Below are positions 29,812-42,698 of a stretch of DNA of 64,000 nucleotides, in pieces (the stretch's first letter is position 1; every line of letters starts with the position of its first letter). The translations under genes and the position numbers were made by a program. This stretch comes from the human T2T-CHM13v2.0 reference genome, Homo sapiens, in assembly GCF_009914755.1 (NCBI RefSeq), contig NC_060927.1. One strand, given 5' to 3'. The notes below the pieces were generated by a model. It had not been told where the DNA came from. It saw only the letters and a list, made by a program, of their open reading frames with translations, and made no database searches.

Positions 29812-31944
29812 TAGTAACATTGAAAAACAATATTAGTAATTCAACATCAGAAAGGTCTTCAGGAAGAGTTATCACCACAGATGGGCCAAACTATTATTTG
29901 TCGGGTATTGTAGTAAGTTAGAATTTTATCAAATTAATAAATTAATGCTTATTTCATTAAAGGATATGAACAACCTGTAGTATAAATTTGATCTATACAT
30001 CGTTGGGAGAATAAAATAATAAAATGCTATAATAGTAGCAATCACGTGGTGACCTTTCCATCACACTTACAATTTTCAATGCACTTGTCTATTCATTATT
30101 TCATGAGTGGATGGGGTAGCTGAGTGGTCGGGACAACAGATGTTGTATAGACAGGTGACTCCCTTCTATACCCCATTCTGCCATTAGTTGATGTGTATTT
30201 TACTTTTGCTTTTTTCTTCCCATTTCACTACTAGTTTAAAAATCCTAATCTTGAGTTCTAAATCACACCTAATTTTACTCATGTGTAGTTGTACCTGAAA
30301 AAGAATTACACTACATAAATTCCATCCATTAGAGGTATGGTGGAATGGACACAAAACCACTAACATTGATTACTTCAGTGCAGATGGGACTGCAAATGCA
30401 GAGGATGAGAAGGAGAAGATTTTTATTTTTTCTTTATATAAGTTTACATTCTTTATTCTAATACAAGACTCCGGTATCATTTATAATGAAACATGAAAAC
30501 ATTTAAAAAATTTTATGTGCTTAATGTTCTGTAAAGGAAGCATAAACTCATATATTGCAACAAATGCGGCAATTTATTTCATTCCTCAGATTAGTGATCC
30601 TGATATAAATAAAACTGTTCAGAACTTGTACAGAGATATTTAAACAAGGAAACAAACAAACAAAAGCTAGAGAAAAAGTGAAAAAAAAGGAATGCTTTTT
30701 TATTACTTAATCATTGATGGACTGAAAACATCCAACTTCCATCTTCTGAATTAAATCTGATATTTTCTTGGAGAGTAGTGAGGAGTGGTTGAGGGTAGAT
30801 AGAAAACATCGAGCATTTTGAAAAATATAAAATTTAGAGAAGTTTAATTTAAACGCTCCCTGAGTGTCAAAGAGCTATTAAATATAATTTTCAAGATTTT
30901 AATATAAGTGAATCTGAACTACATATGGTCTAAGTTTCTTTTAAGTTGCACATGGATTTAAAATGTAGGGGAAAAAGATCACTTGGCAAATATGTTTTTG
31001 GTTTTGAAAAACTTCCAAATGTTTAAAAAGTACTTTTCAAATCAACCATAGCCATATGCATCCAGGTTTTCTCATCCTCACTATTGAAGGATAAAAAGAA
31101 CTAGAATTAAGGCAAAATAAATGGAGATGTGATACATATGCTGTAAAACTAAAAATCAGTTGATTCTCTAGGGAATTAGATAAAAAAATAAATTTGGTCC
31201 TTATGGCAATTTAACCCAAATAATCTAACACTTTTATTCTTAGCGACTTAGGATCATGGATGATATTAATCTGTCACAAAATGATCCTATGACTATTTCC
31301 AGAAGTGGAAAAGTGCAGAAATAGAAAATGCATATGATACTGCTATTTTATTTTGTTCCAAGTCTTGTTACTATCAGTGGAAAACAGTGTTCCAAAGGAA
31401 TGAACATTTGGATAAATTATGGCATGAAATATAATTTTTAATCCCTTATGCATAGATACATTGATAATAACTGAACATCTTTGGCATCTGGCTTCCAGAT
31501 ACAGTGACAATTCCCTCACGGCATCTAGAAATTAAATAGATGTATATGAAAACTTTTTTTCCAAAAAATATAAAAACATTAAATGTCAATTATTTTGAAA
31601 TAAGTTTTTTTTTAAATAAGAAGCATTTTTAACTAAAAATTACAAAATAGAGCGTTATATTTGGACAATTAGTTACTCAGTGTTTTTTCCAAATAACAGA
31701 TGAAATACATTTTGATGTTTTGTTTTAAATAAATGCAAACATATAGATGCAAAACAAATCAAACATTGCTACAAACAAAATATGTGTGTTGTCTATAATT
31801 CTCAAACATTGAATAATATTCAGTGAACTTCAACAAATGCATTTGATGGCCCGTTAAAATTCATTATAATAAATTTTGACTTAGATTCCAAAATGAACAC
31901 ACTATTTTCTTATCTTTTAGTGTCTGTTGGTTTTTTCTATTTTC

Positions 31945-32258
31945 TTTCTTTCTTTTCTTTTCTTTTTTTTTTTTCTGAGGTGGAATCTCACTCTGTCACC
32001 CAGGCTGGAGTGCAGTGGTGCTATCTCAGCTTACTGCAACCTCCGCCTTCCAGGTTCAAGCTATTGTCTCGCCTCAGCTTCCCGAGTAGCTGAGGTTACA
32101 GGTGCGTACCACCATGCTCAGCTAATTTTTGTGTTTTTAGTAGAGATGGGGTTTCACCATGTTGGCCAGGCTGGTCTCGAACTGCTGACCTCAGGCAATC
32201 CACCTGCTTTGGCCTCCCGAAGTGCTGGGATTACAGGCATGAACCACTGCACCCAGCT
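31945..32258 (-). mobile_element. AluS (AluSx-like)
   Basis: Full dimeric Alu in antisense with a T/TTTC tail. TSD core CTATTTTC on both sides. Confidence 0.95.
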
Positions 32259-32440
32259 GTTTTTTTTTTTTTTTTTTTTTCTATTTTCATTACTAAGACT
32301 AAATAATAGTTATGTGACTGAATACAGGTGATCATTTTACCAACTCTTTTTGGCATTTTTTTGTCATTTTTGATGAAGCACAATTTTTAGAAGTGAATAA
32401 ATATAGATCCTATAGCACATATATTTCCCCAAATATATTA

Positions 32441-32475
32441 TGTGTGTATGTGTGTGTGTGTGCGCGTGTGTGTGT
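32441..32475. repeat. Interrupted (TG)n repeat
   Basis: TGTGTGTATGTGTGTGTGTGTGCGCGTGTGTGTGT. Confidence 0.9.
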
Positions 32476-34358
32476 TTCTGTATTTGGGAAATAAAAGCGT
32501 ATTATATTTTAATCAAACAACATCAAACATGCGGTCAGGTAAGTTTGATGAGGAAGGTAATATTTTAGCCTAAGAATGAGAATTCTGTAAGACAATGTGT
32601 TACTTGCTAGTATCAGTTATATGACCCTTCCACACTGATATTTTGGGTGCAATTGCACGCTCTTTGCCCTATACTCTGAGGAGAATAGAAGGTTCTTCTT
32701 CACACTTTTCTATTCATCATAACTTCTCCTGTAGGACAACCCAAAAATAAATTTCCTGGAATATATTAAGGAAACAAAAACAAACAGATATAGAGAAAAA
32801 AATAAGGTAAGTGTTTGGGAGGGTGAGAAATCAAATTCAGTGAGGTTTAACCTATATCCTACAAGTACCCCAAAGTTGTGCTTTTGGATAAATTCACCTT
32901 GGATAGAGACATGGTCAAGTGATATATTCCCTTTACCTTTTCTAAAAAACAATACATAGCTCTATCCTTGGATGAGAGGCAAAGGGTGCAGTAGGGTGAC
33001 TATCTTTGATTTCTGTTGGGGTTCAGAGGAAGTGTAACTTTCCTAAAAGATACCTTGACTTTTGTCACATTTAGCTATTCACTCCTTTTTATTTAGGAAG
33101 AAAGCCTGAGCCTGCTGTGGCTCGTGCTCTTATTACCTTTTCTTGGACTTCTTGGATCTCATAAATGATAACTCTACTTTTAGTGTTGCCTTCTCCAAAG
33201 GAATCTAAATACCAGCATTACCTTCATTATCCTGAAGCATGACTCTCTGCCTTAGAAAACCCCTATAGTTTACATTTACATTTACTTTATACCTCTCTTA
33301 ATTTTTGAGGAATGCCTCTCTATCTATTCTGCATGGTAAAGTTCTAATTTATTACAACTATGAAACAGATATTTCCTTCTTTTCTTATTTTTTATATATT
33401 GAATTACTTTATTATTGCCAATCACAATCTGCTTTGCCAAATTATTCAATATAAGCTTGCCTCTTCAATTAGACTTTGGAATTCCTGAGATAAGAAATTA
33501 TGTTTCATTCTGAAGGTGTGCTTAAATCAGTGGAAAGATGGTTTGTCCAAACAGGATATAGAGGAATAGAGTTATTCTGTACACAGCCACCTGTAGTTGC
33601 AACAGTGGCTAGAAATAGGTGTTATACTACTTTTTTAAAGACATGACCTCATCAGGCAAATTCTAAAAACTCGTCTACCCTTTGTGGTTAAAAAGTGAAT
33701 TGCCAGTAATTTTATAAAATGTAATATAAAAATACGTTTTTAAAAAACAATTTAATGATTTTGAATACTTTCAGCCAAAATCATAATGTTCCCTAATTCT
33801 TGTGAAATAGGGCTAAATACGAAGACTTTGAAGAATATCTCATGCTGTCATCTCTTCTTTGCTGTAGTGTTTAAAATGTCTCTCTGAGAAATGAATGGAC
33901 AAACCCAAGCCATGCCATCACATACTTTCCTAGAACAGTGGATCAAATCCCATTTTTCTCAATATGAACGAAGTTTCATCACATGGCAATGACCAAAGCT
34001 GCTCTTTAAACTGTAAGGCAGCAAAGTTCAAGCATTACCTTGTACAATCAACCATTTATAGTGCCATTCTCTCACTTTTATTATAGAAGTTACTGAAATG
34101 AGAGAATCTAAATCTTATAACTGAGATGGGCTAGGGATAAAGGGTGGAGATTAGGTTTGGTCATGGTGGGCACAGGGACGGGAGCAAAGAGGAACCCAAA
34201 AACAATTATTCTTTCTTTCTATATTAAATTTAAAATAAGTCGTTTTAATTGTACAATTGAGGTTGGATTTTCACTGAAAATGAAATATTTCAGTTATGAG
34301 TTCAATTTATTAAGAAAAAATACTTTTAAAAACCTAGTGGCCATCTTTTTCCATTCTA

Positions 34359-34360
<2 letters not shown>

Positions 34361-34414
<54 letters not shown>

Positions 34415-34471
34415 ATCTATCTATCTATCTACCTTTGTCTATCATCTATCTATCTATCTATCATCTATCTA
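34361..34471. repeat. Compound (TCTA)n tetranucleotide STR
   Basis: (TCTA)13 TCA (TCTA)4 CCTTTG TCTA TCA (TCTA)4 TCA (TCTA)2. Confidence 0.96.
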
Positions 34472-35127
34472 GAGGTCATGTCTATTTTTACTTTAAAAAG
34501 GAAAAAGAAAATAGGGACACTGATATTCATTCCTTAAACTCTGCTGACTTAGTGGAGACACTGCAATATATAGTCTATGAACTGAGAGCCCTTTCAGAAG
34601 CCAACGAGCTTTATAGGCGCTGACATTGACACTCCACTCTGCAATTCTGCACTTCACTATGTGGGCATTCTGTGCTGGTTACATATATACATATACATAT
34701 ATGTATATATAATATATCTTAAATGTATATATATATTCTGTTATTTTTATTTCTAAATGTTCAGTTTCTTTTCTAGAAGAAGATATGTGCTGCCTCAAAT
34801 TTATTAATTTATGGTCTGAAAATTGTCCCTGACCTTCCTCTGGATGTTCTGAATGCAGTATACATAATGTTTAAAAACACATGGGCTCAAGCATGGCAAA
34901 TGAAACCATGCAGTAATTTGTTAATTACAGGTGAAACTGGCCACTCACCTCTTTTACTAAAAGAACAAATGATAGTGACTAATTGCACTTCTGAGAACTC
35001 TAAAAGAACAAATTGTTACCAAGTTATGGAGTATATATCCACGTTTGTTGGATATGCAGAGTCTCGTGTGGAAAGAAAAGTCACGGTAACATGGATTTTG
35101 TATATATCCACATATCCACATATTACC

Positions 35128-35950
35128 TAGTTCTGCCTGCTGAGAGAAACTGGAAACAGTGACATCCCAATGGAAATGATAGACATGATACCAGGGCTGG
35201 GACAGGGAACATACAAGATGAGCCTGGCATAGCCTATTATGCCAGAAAGCAATGACATGCTCAAAGGATTATGGAAACACCAAAACTGTACAACGGCCAA
35301 CCTGAAGCGTTCTCATTGAAGAAATATGCAACACAGTAGGTATCAAAACAAATAATGTTACTAATAGATTATAGCCCAATGACTATATGAGTAAACTACA
35401 AATCCATACTGATACATTAAATAAATGAACTAATTGAAAACTTTGATAAAGAATATGAATATAAGATATTTGCATAGTTTCACAATAACCCTCTCCCAAA
35501 ACTCTTACCAATGACACAGAAAAAGGATGTGCAGTTTTATAGTGGAGAAGCTGGCAGATGTCATCTTAAACAAGTGAACAAAGTTTATCTTTAGCAACAA
35601 GGGGGAAAATTGAAATCAGATGACATCTGATGGAATGTAATGAAAAGAAAATAGCATCATTTCTATGATATTGCTGCACATAACATGATTTTTGAAAATG
35701 AAAATTACACTAGACACACCCAAAAGAGGAACATTGTGCAAAATAACTGGTCTGTAAACTTCAAAGGTATCAAAGTAAGAAATTAAATAAAAATAAATAG
35801 GTTGTTCCAGGCCGAAGGAAGCAGCATAAGACAACCAAATGCAGTGCCTGACTCTGAAATAGATATGTTGCCTGCAAAGACATTTTTAGGGCCATAGATC
35901 AGAAAATAAAGTGATTTTTACTGTACTTTTAGTTTTTCTATAAGTTTGAG
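35128..35950 (+). mobile_element. Old L1MC (L1MC3/4-like) 3' region
   Basis: CTAGTTCTGCCTGCTGAGAG...ACAAGATGAGCCTGG...GCCAGAAAGCAA...TTTATAGTGGAGAAGCTGGCAGA. Confidence 0.65.
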
Positions 35951-35980
35951 ATCATATAAGTCTCTTCTCATTTAACTGCC

Positions 35981-36201
35981 TTCCTTTTCTTTCTTTCTTC
36001 TTTCTTTTTCTTTCTTCTTTCTTTCCTTTCTTCTTTCTTTCTTCTTTCTGTCTTTCCTTTCTTCTTTCTTTCTTTCTCTTTCTTTCTTCTTTTTTTCTTC
36101 TTTCTCTTTCTTTTCTTTCTTCTTTCTTTCTCTTTCTTTCTCTCTCTCTCTCTCTGTCTCTCTCTCTCTCTCTTTCTTTCTTTGTTTTTTTCTTTCTTTC
36201 T
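35981..36201. repeat. ~220-bp (TTTC)n/(TC)n polypyrimidine tract, the expanded tail of an AluJ
   Basis: Read directly; abuts the 3' end of the antisense AluJ. Confidence 0.95.
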
Positions 36202-36478
36202 TACAGGATCTTGCTCTGATGCCCAGGCTGGAAGTAGCACAATTATGATTTACTGCATCCTCGACCTCCCTGGGCTCAGGTGAACCTCCCACCTCAGCCT
36301 CCTGAGTAGCTGGGACTACAGGAATGCGCTATCATGCCTAGCTAATACACGTATTTTTTATAGAGACAGAGCTTCCTCCTGTTGCCCAAGCTGGTCTTGA
36401 ACACCTGGGCCCAAGCTATCTGCCCACCTTAGCCTCCCAAAGTGCTGAGATTTCAAGCATGAGCCACCATGCTTAGCT
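36202..36478 (-). mobile_element. AluJ
   Basis: Diverged dimeric Alu with J-type text CTGGGCTCAGGTGAACCTCCCACCTCAGCC. Confidence 0.9.
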
Positions 36479-36799
36479 TCTTTCCCTATTTCTTGACATT
36501 TAAAATGAGTGAGCAAATGTTAAAGTATTGATTATCTTGTCACTTGAACACATTAAATGTTTTAAGATATAATAAAATAATGCAGTATTATTTTATTTTA
36601 CTTGAGGAAATGGAAATGTAAGTCTAGTTAGAAGATATAGAGCCTTTTTGGCTTAACTCTTACAATTTTATTTTTCAGTTTTAGAAATGGCATTATTCTA
36701 AAATTTAAAAATTATTAGTTTTGACTAAGTCAAGTAAGTAATGCAGTTTTTAATTTATTAAGGCTTTGTTATATTTGCATATAAGCTGAAGATTAATAT

Positions 36800-37100
36800 T
36801 TTATTCATTAAAGAAATACTGACTGAGGGCTCGTTTGGTTCCAGGCAATGGGTCATAACATTTAGCAAAACGGATCCAAATATCTAACCTCATGAAGCTC
36901 TCACATTCTAGTGGGGAAGAAAGAAAATAAATAAGTTAGTTACATGTTTCAAATATATGCACAATGGAGGAAATTTAAACAAAGAAGGAGAAAGAGAGTG
37001 GGAGCCTCTGCACCTTTCAATAAAGTAGTGAGGAAAGATATTGCTGAAAGGGGGACATTCAGCAAAGACCTGTGGAAGGTGGCAAACTGTGCCATACACG
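36800..37100 (-). mobile_element. L2 fragment
   Basis: TTATTCATT...ACTGAG...CCTCATGAAGCTCTCACATTCTAGTGGGGAAGA. Confidence 0.6.
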
Positions 37101-37527
37101 TTCTTAAAGCCCAAGAGGAAGTACTGTTCGGTTTTAGTTAACATGATATGGTTTAACATGTTTCTGATTCAGGTGAATTTTCCAATGTGGAAGAGACTGT
37201 TGATTGGATTGTTCCATATATATAATAAGGAAACAAATGTCTGCTTCGGGGTTGAGCAACATTTTGAAAAATCACAGACAAAGACTTCATTTGGGTATAA
37301 TAGATGTAAAAACCCTGCATAGGACAAAAGCATATGCAAAAGTCAGGGGAAAAGTTGGGGAGCAGCTTGTTACCATAGAAAAGGGAAAGCCTGAGAGAAA
37401 CAACAGGAAGAAATGAAGAAAGAAAGGAAAACAGGGAAAGAGAGAAAGAGAAATTGCAAAAGAGAGAAAAGAAAGAAAGGGCAGGGAAGGAGAGAATCAA
37501 TAGATCAAAAGAAAGAAAAGCCTAGAG

Positions 37528-37838
37528 CAGAGTTAGGGAAACTTTTCTCCAAATGACCAGATAGTAAATATTTTATGCTTTATGAACCAAAAGGGAGCTC
37601 TGTCAAACTGCTCAGCTCTGCCTTTGTAGTGTGAAAGCAGCCACAAGAAATACATAAATTAGTGTGACAATGTTCCCATAAAACTTTATTCATAAGCATT
37701 AACATTTAAGTTTTGTATGTCACAAAACATGTCACAAAATACTTTTTTCTTTTTACTTTTTTTAGCTATTGAAAATGAGAAAAACAAACATCCTCAGATG
37801 ACAACTCTACAAAACGGGCCATAGTGTGCCACTCCCAG
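37528..37838. mobile_element. MER58B-like hAT MITE
   Basis: AAACTTTTCT...CCAGATAGTAAATATTTTA...CTCAGCTCTGCCTTTGTAGTGTGAAAGCAGCCA...GGGCCATAGTGTGCCA. Confidence 0.75.
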
Positions 37839-38634
37839 ATGTAGGGACACAGAGACAAGTCGCATGAGTCAGTTTGATGCAGTGAGAGGTAGAAAGGAAT
37901 CAGGTCAAGTATCTTGGCTTGACAATTGGTGGGTTCTTCCACTTCTCAAAGCTTCACTGTTTTAACCAATGAAGTGAGAATGTTACAATAAATGAACATC
38001 AAATTCTCTTCTTACATCAAATTCTCTTCTTACAGTCACTTTTATTTACTTTATTACTGTTCACTGTTTTAGTTCAATTATTTGCAATAATCTTAGACAA
38101 AATATGTTTCTCCCTGTGGGTGCTGAAGTTACTTATTTTAGGCCCTTTAGGACATTAGTGCCACTGTGATTTCAGTGATACTGTCCCAGAAAGACCCTGA
38201 AAAGAGTGAGCTCAAGTGCAATGAGGTAAGGTCGCAATATGGCCTGGCAAGATGCCAGCAGTTTGTTTCTAAGTAAGAGCCATTCCTAAGTGGTGGGTGA
38301 AAATTCTCACCCATAACAGTTTATCTCATTCATTCTAGTTTAGACATCTTTAAGGGGCCAGGTGCACTGAGGTCTGGCTTTGAAATGGTGAACACGTGTT
38401 CCCTGTTGAAACAGCCCTTGCCGCACTGCTTCAGGGCAATGGGGGTATAGACTCTGACTTCCTATTTAACTATTTTTGGTATGGTTTCAAATTTATATAT
38501 TTAATAAGGAAATATCTGGGATATTTCCTATGTTTCAGGATTTAATGTTTGTGAGGTCTAATATAATTATTAATGCTAATTCTAGGAAAGATATGGCATC
38601 TTCTGGTAGCAAACAAAAAATATATTCAACTTAT

Positions 38635-39166
38635 TTAGATTGTGTTTCTAAAGATGGCCACAATAATATCTCTCATTCCACTCCCACATCAAGCTTTAGG
38701 ATCTATTATCCCACTCCTCTTGAATCTGGGCTTACTAGTGACTGGCTTTCACCAGTAGAATGCGGCGGAAATGACACTGTGTAACCCCTGAGGCCAAGTC
38801 TTATCTGCAGCTTGCAATTCAGTTTTCTTGGAGTTCTCTACCATCTTCTACTGGAGAGGCATAGAGAGTAAGAGGCCCAGCTAGCCCTGAGCTGTTCTAG
38901 CCATTCAAGCTGAGAAACCACAGAGGTGGCTGAATTCATTCACCAGTCAGCCCTGTATTCCAACTGAACCTGACGTCCAGCTGGTAACCCAGCCGAATGC
39001 AGCCAAATAAGTAAGGAAATACGACAAGGAATGGAGGAAATGCTCAGGCAAGCACACCCACCCCCTAAATTCCTGACCCACAGAATCTTAAGCAAACGAA
39101 ATGGTTCTGGTTTAAAGCCATCAAATGGTAGGTTAGTCTGTTGAGCCACAATAGATAACAAAAACA
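38635..39166 (+). mobile_element. MLT1H-like LTR
   Basis: AAAGATGGCCACAA...CTTGAATCTGGGCT...TTCCTGACCCACAGAATC...CAATAGATAACAAAAACA. Confidence 0.7.
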
Positions 39167-41532
39167 AACATGACACTAATTAAATTCAGAATGATCAATT
39201 ATACCACATGTACTTTAGGTAATCTATGCATGGCTTATCATCAACTAGCTGCGCTATGGTAAACCGTGCTGAAATCTGTAATGTTCACACTATATGCCTT
39301 CCTTATTTTTAACATTCATTGTTCTTTAGATCACCTTTCTTGCAGGCTAATCTAATTTATTCAAAGTAAAATGTAATTAATAATGAAGTAGCATATATAA
39401 AATTTAAAATTATCTACAATAAATTTAACATGAATTAATTCTGGTATATAATTATTAGAATTAGCCATTTGATCATAATGCCAATAAAAATTCAATTCTG
39501 TTGTTCTGTGGAATGTAGTGTTCACTTCTCTAAATAAATATTTTTTAAAATAACTAGTGCATTAGGGAAAGATGAAAAATTAATTCATATGCTGTTAATA
39601 TTAAAATATTTTTCTTCTTAATGTGGAAGTGAAGTTGCACTACATAAAACTACTTGTAATGGCATGATACATCTGATATTTATTTTAATCATAGGTTATT
39701 TGAGGTTGGCCTAATGTTTTCTTGATGCTCCTTTTTTAAGACAAAATGAGAGTGTAACTACTTAAATGGTAACACAAATTGATGTTAATAAATTAGTACA
39801 TTCATAAAAGAACTCCCAATTTTACTGTGTAAAGCAAAGCAATGTATGCAGCATTATGTAGTTTAAAAGGCACACTGATAAGTGCCTATATTCAAATCCT
39901 TTTCGGTGCCCTTTGTGTTCTTATCTTCCCCAGGCCAGCAGACAATCCTGCTTTTCACTAACCTTTGGCACGCCACCATCAGCAGTAACCTGTGTGCTCC
40001 TTCAGAGTCCCTGAGCTTCCTTAATTAGCATAACCTGTGGTTTTCCATTTGGAGCAGCCCCATCAGCCGCACACACCTGCTTTAGAGCCTGCAGGTAGAA
40101 CAAGACTCAGTGTCGCAGGGCTCCCGGGAGTCCATCTGCATACCCTAAAGCAGCAAGTAAATACCTATCATCTCCAACAAGCTTACTGCAGCCCCTAACC
40201 CTGGTCATTGTGCCTCTGTAAGGTGGAAGTGAAATGCTACACCAGAAACTAAACAGAGCCACCATATAGTGACCCAAAAAATTAAGCAAAAACGTTTCTT
40301 TCATTTTCAAAATAAAAATATTTGATTTTGCTCAACAAATTATCTTTCTACCCTTTCAAGATAAAATATACTTATTTTTATATTGAGGTTTGTACTAAAC
40401 CTTTTCACAAGCCACAGAAGTGGTAAACATTTTAATTTTTTGTCATAGTATATTTTAAGCACAAATTTTGAAGTACATCTTCAAACTCTACAAGGTGATG
40501 TTTTCTCTTAAAATGCTGTAATGGTAAAAAGCATTTCATGTGCAAGTTAGGAGGGTAAAATTGACACACATTTAAAATTAAAAAAATTTATAGCAATGAA
40601 TCATACAAAGGTATAATGAATGTCTGTTACTGAACGATGGATGAAACATCGGTAGTTAAACCAAAGGAATTTTAAAAAGCTTAATTTGAGTTCTTCTCAT
40701 GAACTCACACTTTTCTTTTTTATGCCTTTTTTCTTTGCCAAGAAGAATTTAGCTGTGACACATAATGGGTATATTTTGTTAAAGCTAAGTTCTTTCAATG
40801 TCAAGCTATTATATCTTCTACATACAGAGAAGAGTTGGTGCCAAGATTTCTAACAAGTAGGTACACATTCGTCTTCAAACAGAAAGGCACTAAAAAGCTT
40901 TGTGCTGGTAGATTGATGTGTTGAAAGATATGCAATGAAATTCTGACTCTATTAGACTAACGGCTGTTTTTAATTGGAAAAAAGCCTATAGATTAACACT
41001 CATGCTAAAAACAAAAGGCTTTGATCTCCTTGCCCATTTTGTAGTAAGCAGCACGTATATTTAACATATAATAATTTCAAAACAGGGCAAGAACATTGCC
41101 TTAATTATTCTAGGTGTCGCCAAACAGACTAATTATATATGTTGTTTATATATTTTAAGTAAAATTTTAGAAAAAAGGAAATAAAATTTTACTGTTAAAT
41201 GACTTCCATTTGCAATAAGAATGTCTTATATATGTAAGAAAGGACTAGCCACCATAATTTAATTCTTATTAAGTTTCGATTTCCCATTTCATGCTCCAAA
41301 TGCATGAATCATACACTTTTCATCTTACATATGAGCAACTGAGGACCTGGATGTATCTTTCTTGGGTTGTACTGTTATTAATGATTAAACCTTAGTTCCC
41401 TGATTCTCAGTCTAATACTGTTTCCACTACATAGGTCACCTTCCTTCACTGACTTTGAGTCTCTGAATGTAAAATGACAAGATGTATTTTAATAACTAAC
41501 GGTCTAAATTAAAACTCAAGAACTCCTTATGC

Positions 41533-41826
<294 letters not shown>

Positions 41827-42282
41827 TACTTTTACAATTTGTAATGAGATGCATTTCTTTTAGAAAGTGGTCTGAAAACAACCCAGAGTTCTGGATTACA
41901 GAGCGGAGCCTATGCTCTTGTAGTTGTAAGGGAGTCAGAATACATTCGACATACGTCTTAGTCGCCAGGAGTCACCAACCGATTTAGAAGTTTTTCAGAT
42001 AAAGAAAGGGACAACTCAGACAAAATGCTAATTCTATAAATCAGCAGAAGGGAAAGGACATAAAATATATAAACAGAAGCTTGTTCAGGTCATGGCATTG
42101 CATTGTAGCAAAACACTGACAATAATGCTTAAAATATAAGATCAAAGATGCTTAGTTATACGTATGAATGCAACATTAAGGTAGCATTTTTCAAAATACA
42201 CTATGCAGAATGTAAGTTCCTCATTATATTAAAAGATTTTCAGTGAAAACAAAAGTGCCCAGTTCAAATATACAAAATGATA

Positions 42283-42698
42283 AGACTGGATTAAAAAAAA
42301 AGGTGGTACGTGCACACCCTGGAATGCTATGTCGCCATAAAAAAGAATGAGATCATGTCCTTTGCAGGCACTTGAAAGGAGCTGGAGGTCACCTTTAGCA
42401 AACGAATGCAGGAACAAAAACACAAATACCAAATGTTCTCACTTGTAAGTGGCAGCTAAATGATGAGAACACTTTGACACATGAAAGGGAACGACACACA
42501 CTCAGGGCTATTGGAGGCTGGAGGGTGGGAAGAGGTAGAGAATCAGAAAAAAAAACTAATGGGTTGTAGGCTTAATACCTAGATGATGAAATAGTTGGTG
42601 CAACAAATCCCCATGACACAAGTTTATCTATGTTACAAACCTGCACATGTGCTCCTGAAATTAAAGTTAAAAAACAAAAAACAGAAACAAAAACAAAC
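42283..42698 (+). mobile_element. 5'-truncated L1 3' end (L1PA13-16-like)
   Basis: GAGATCATGTCCTTTGCAGG...GGAGGGTGGGA...CCCCATGACACAAGTTTA...AACCTGCACATG followed by an A-rich tail. Confidence 0.85.

Noticed and set aside
31893-32331. 134-aa ORF resembling database 'hypothetical proteins'
   Set aside because: It is the translation of an antisense Alu.
34157-36292. IYLS-repeat ORF and K/R/E-rich ORFs
   Set aside because: They are translations of the (TCTA)n and (GAAA)n simple repeats.
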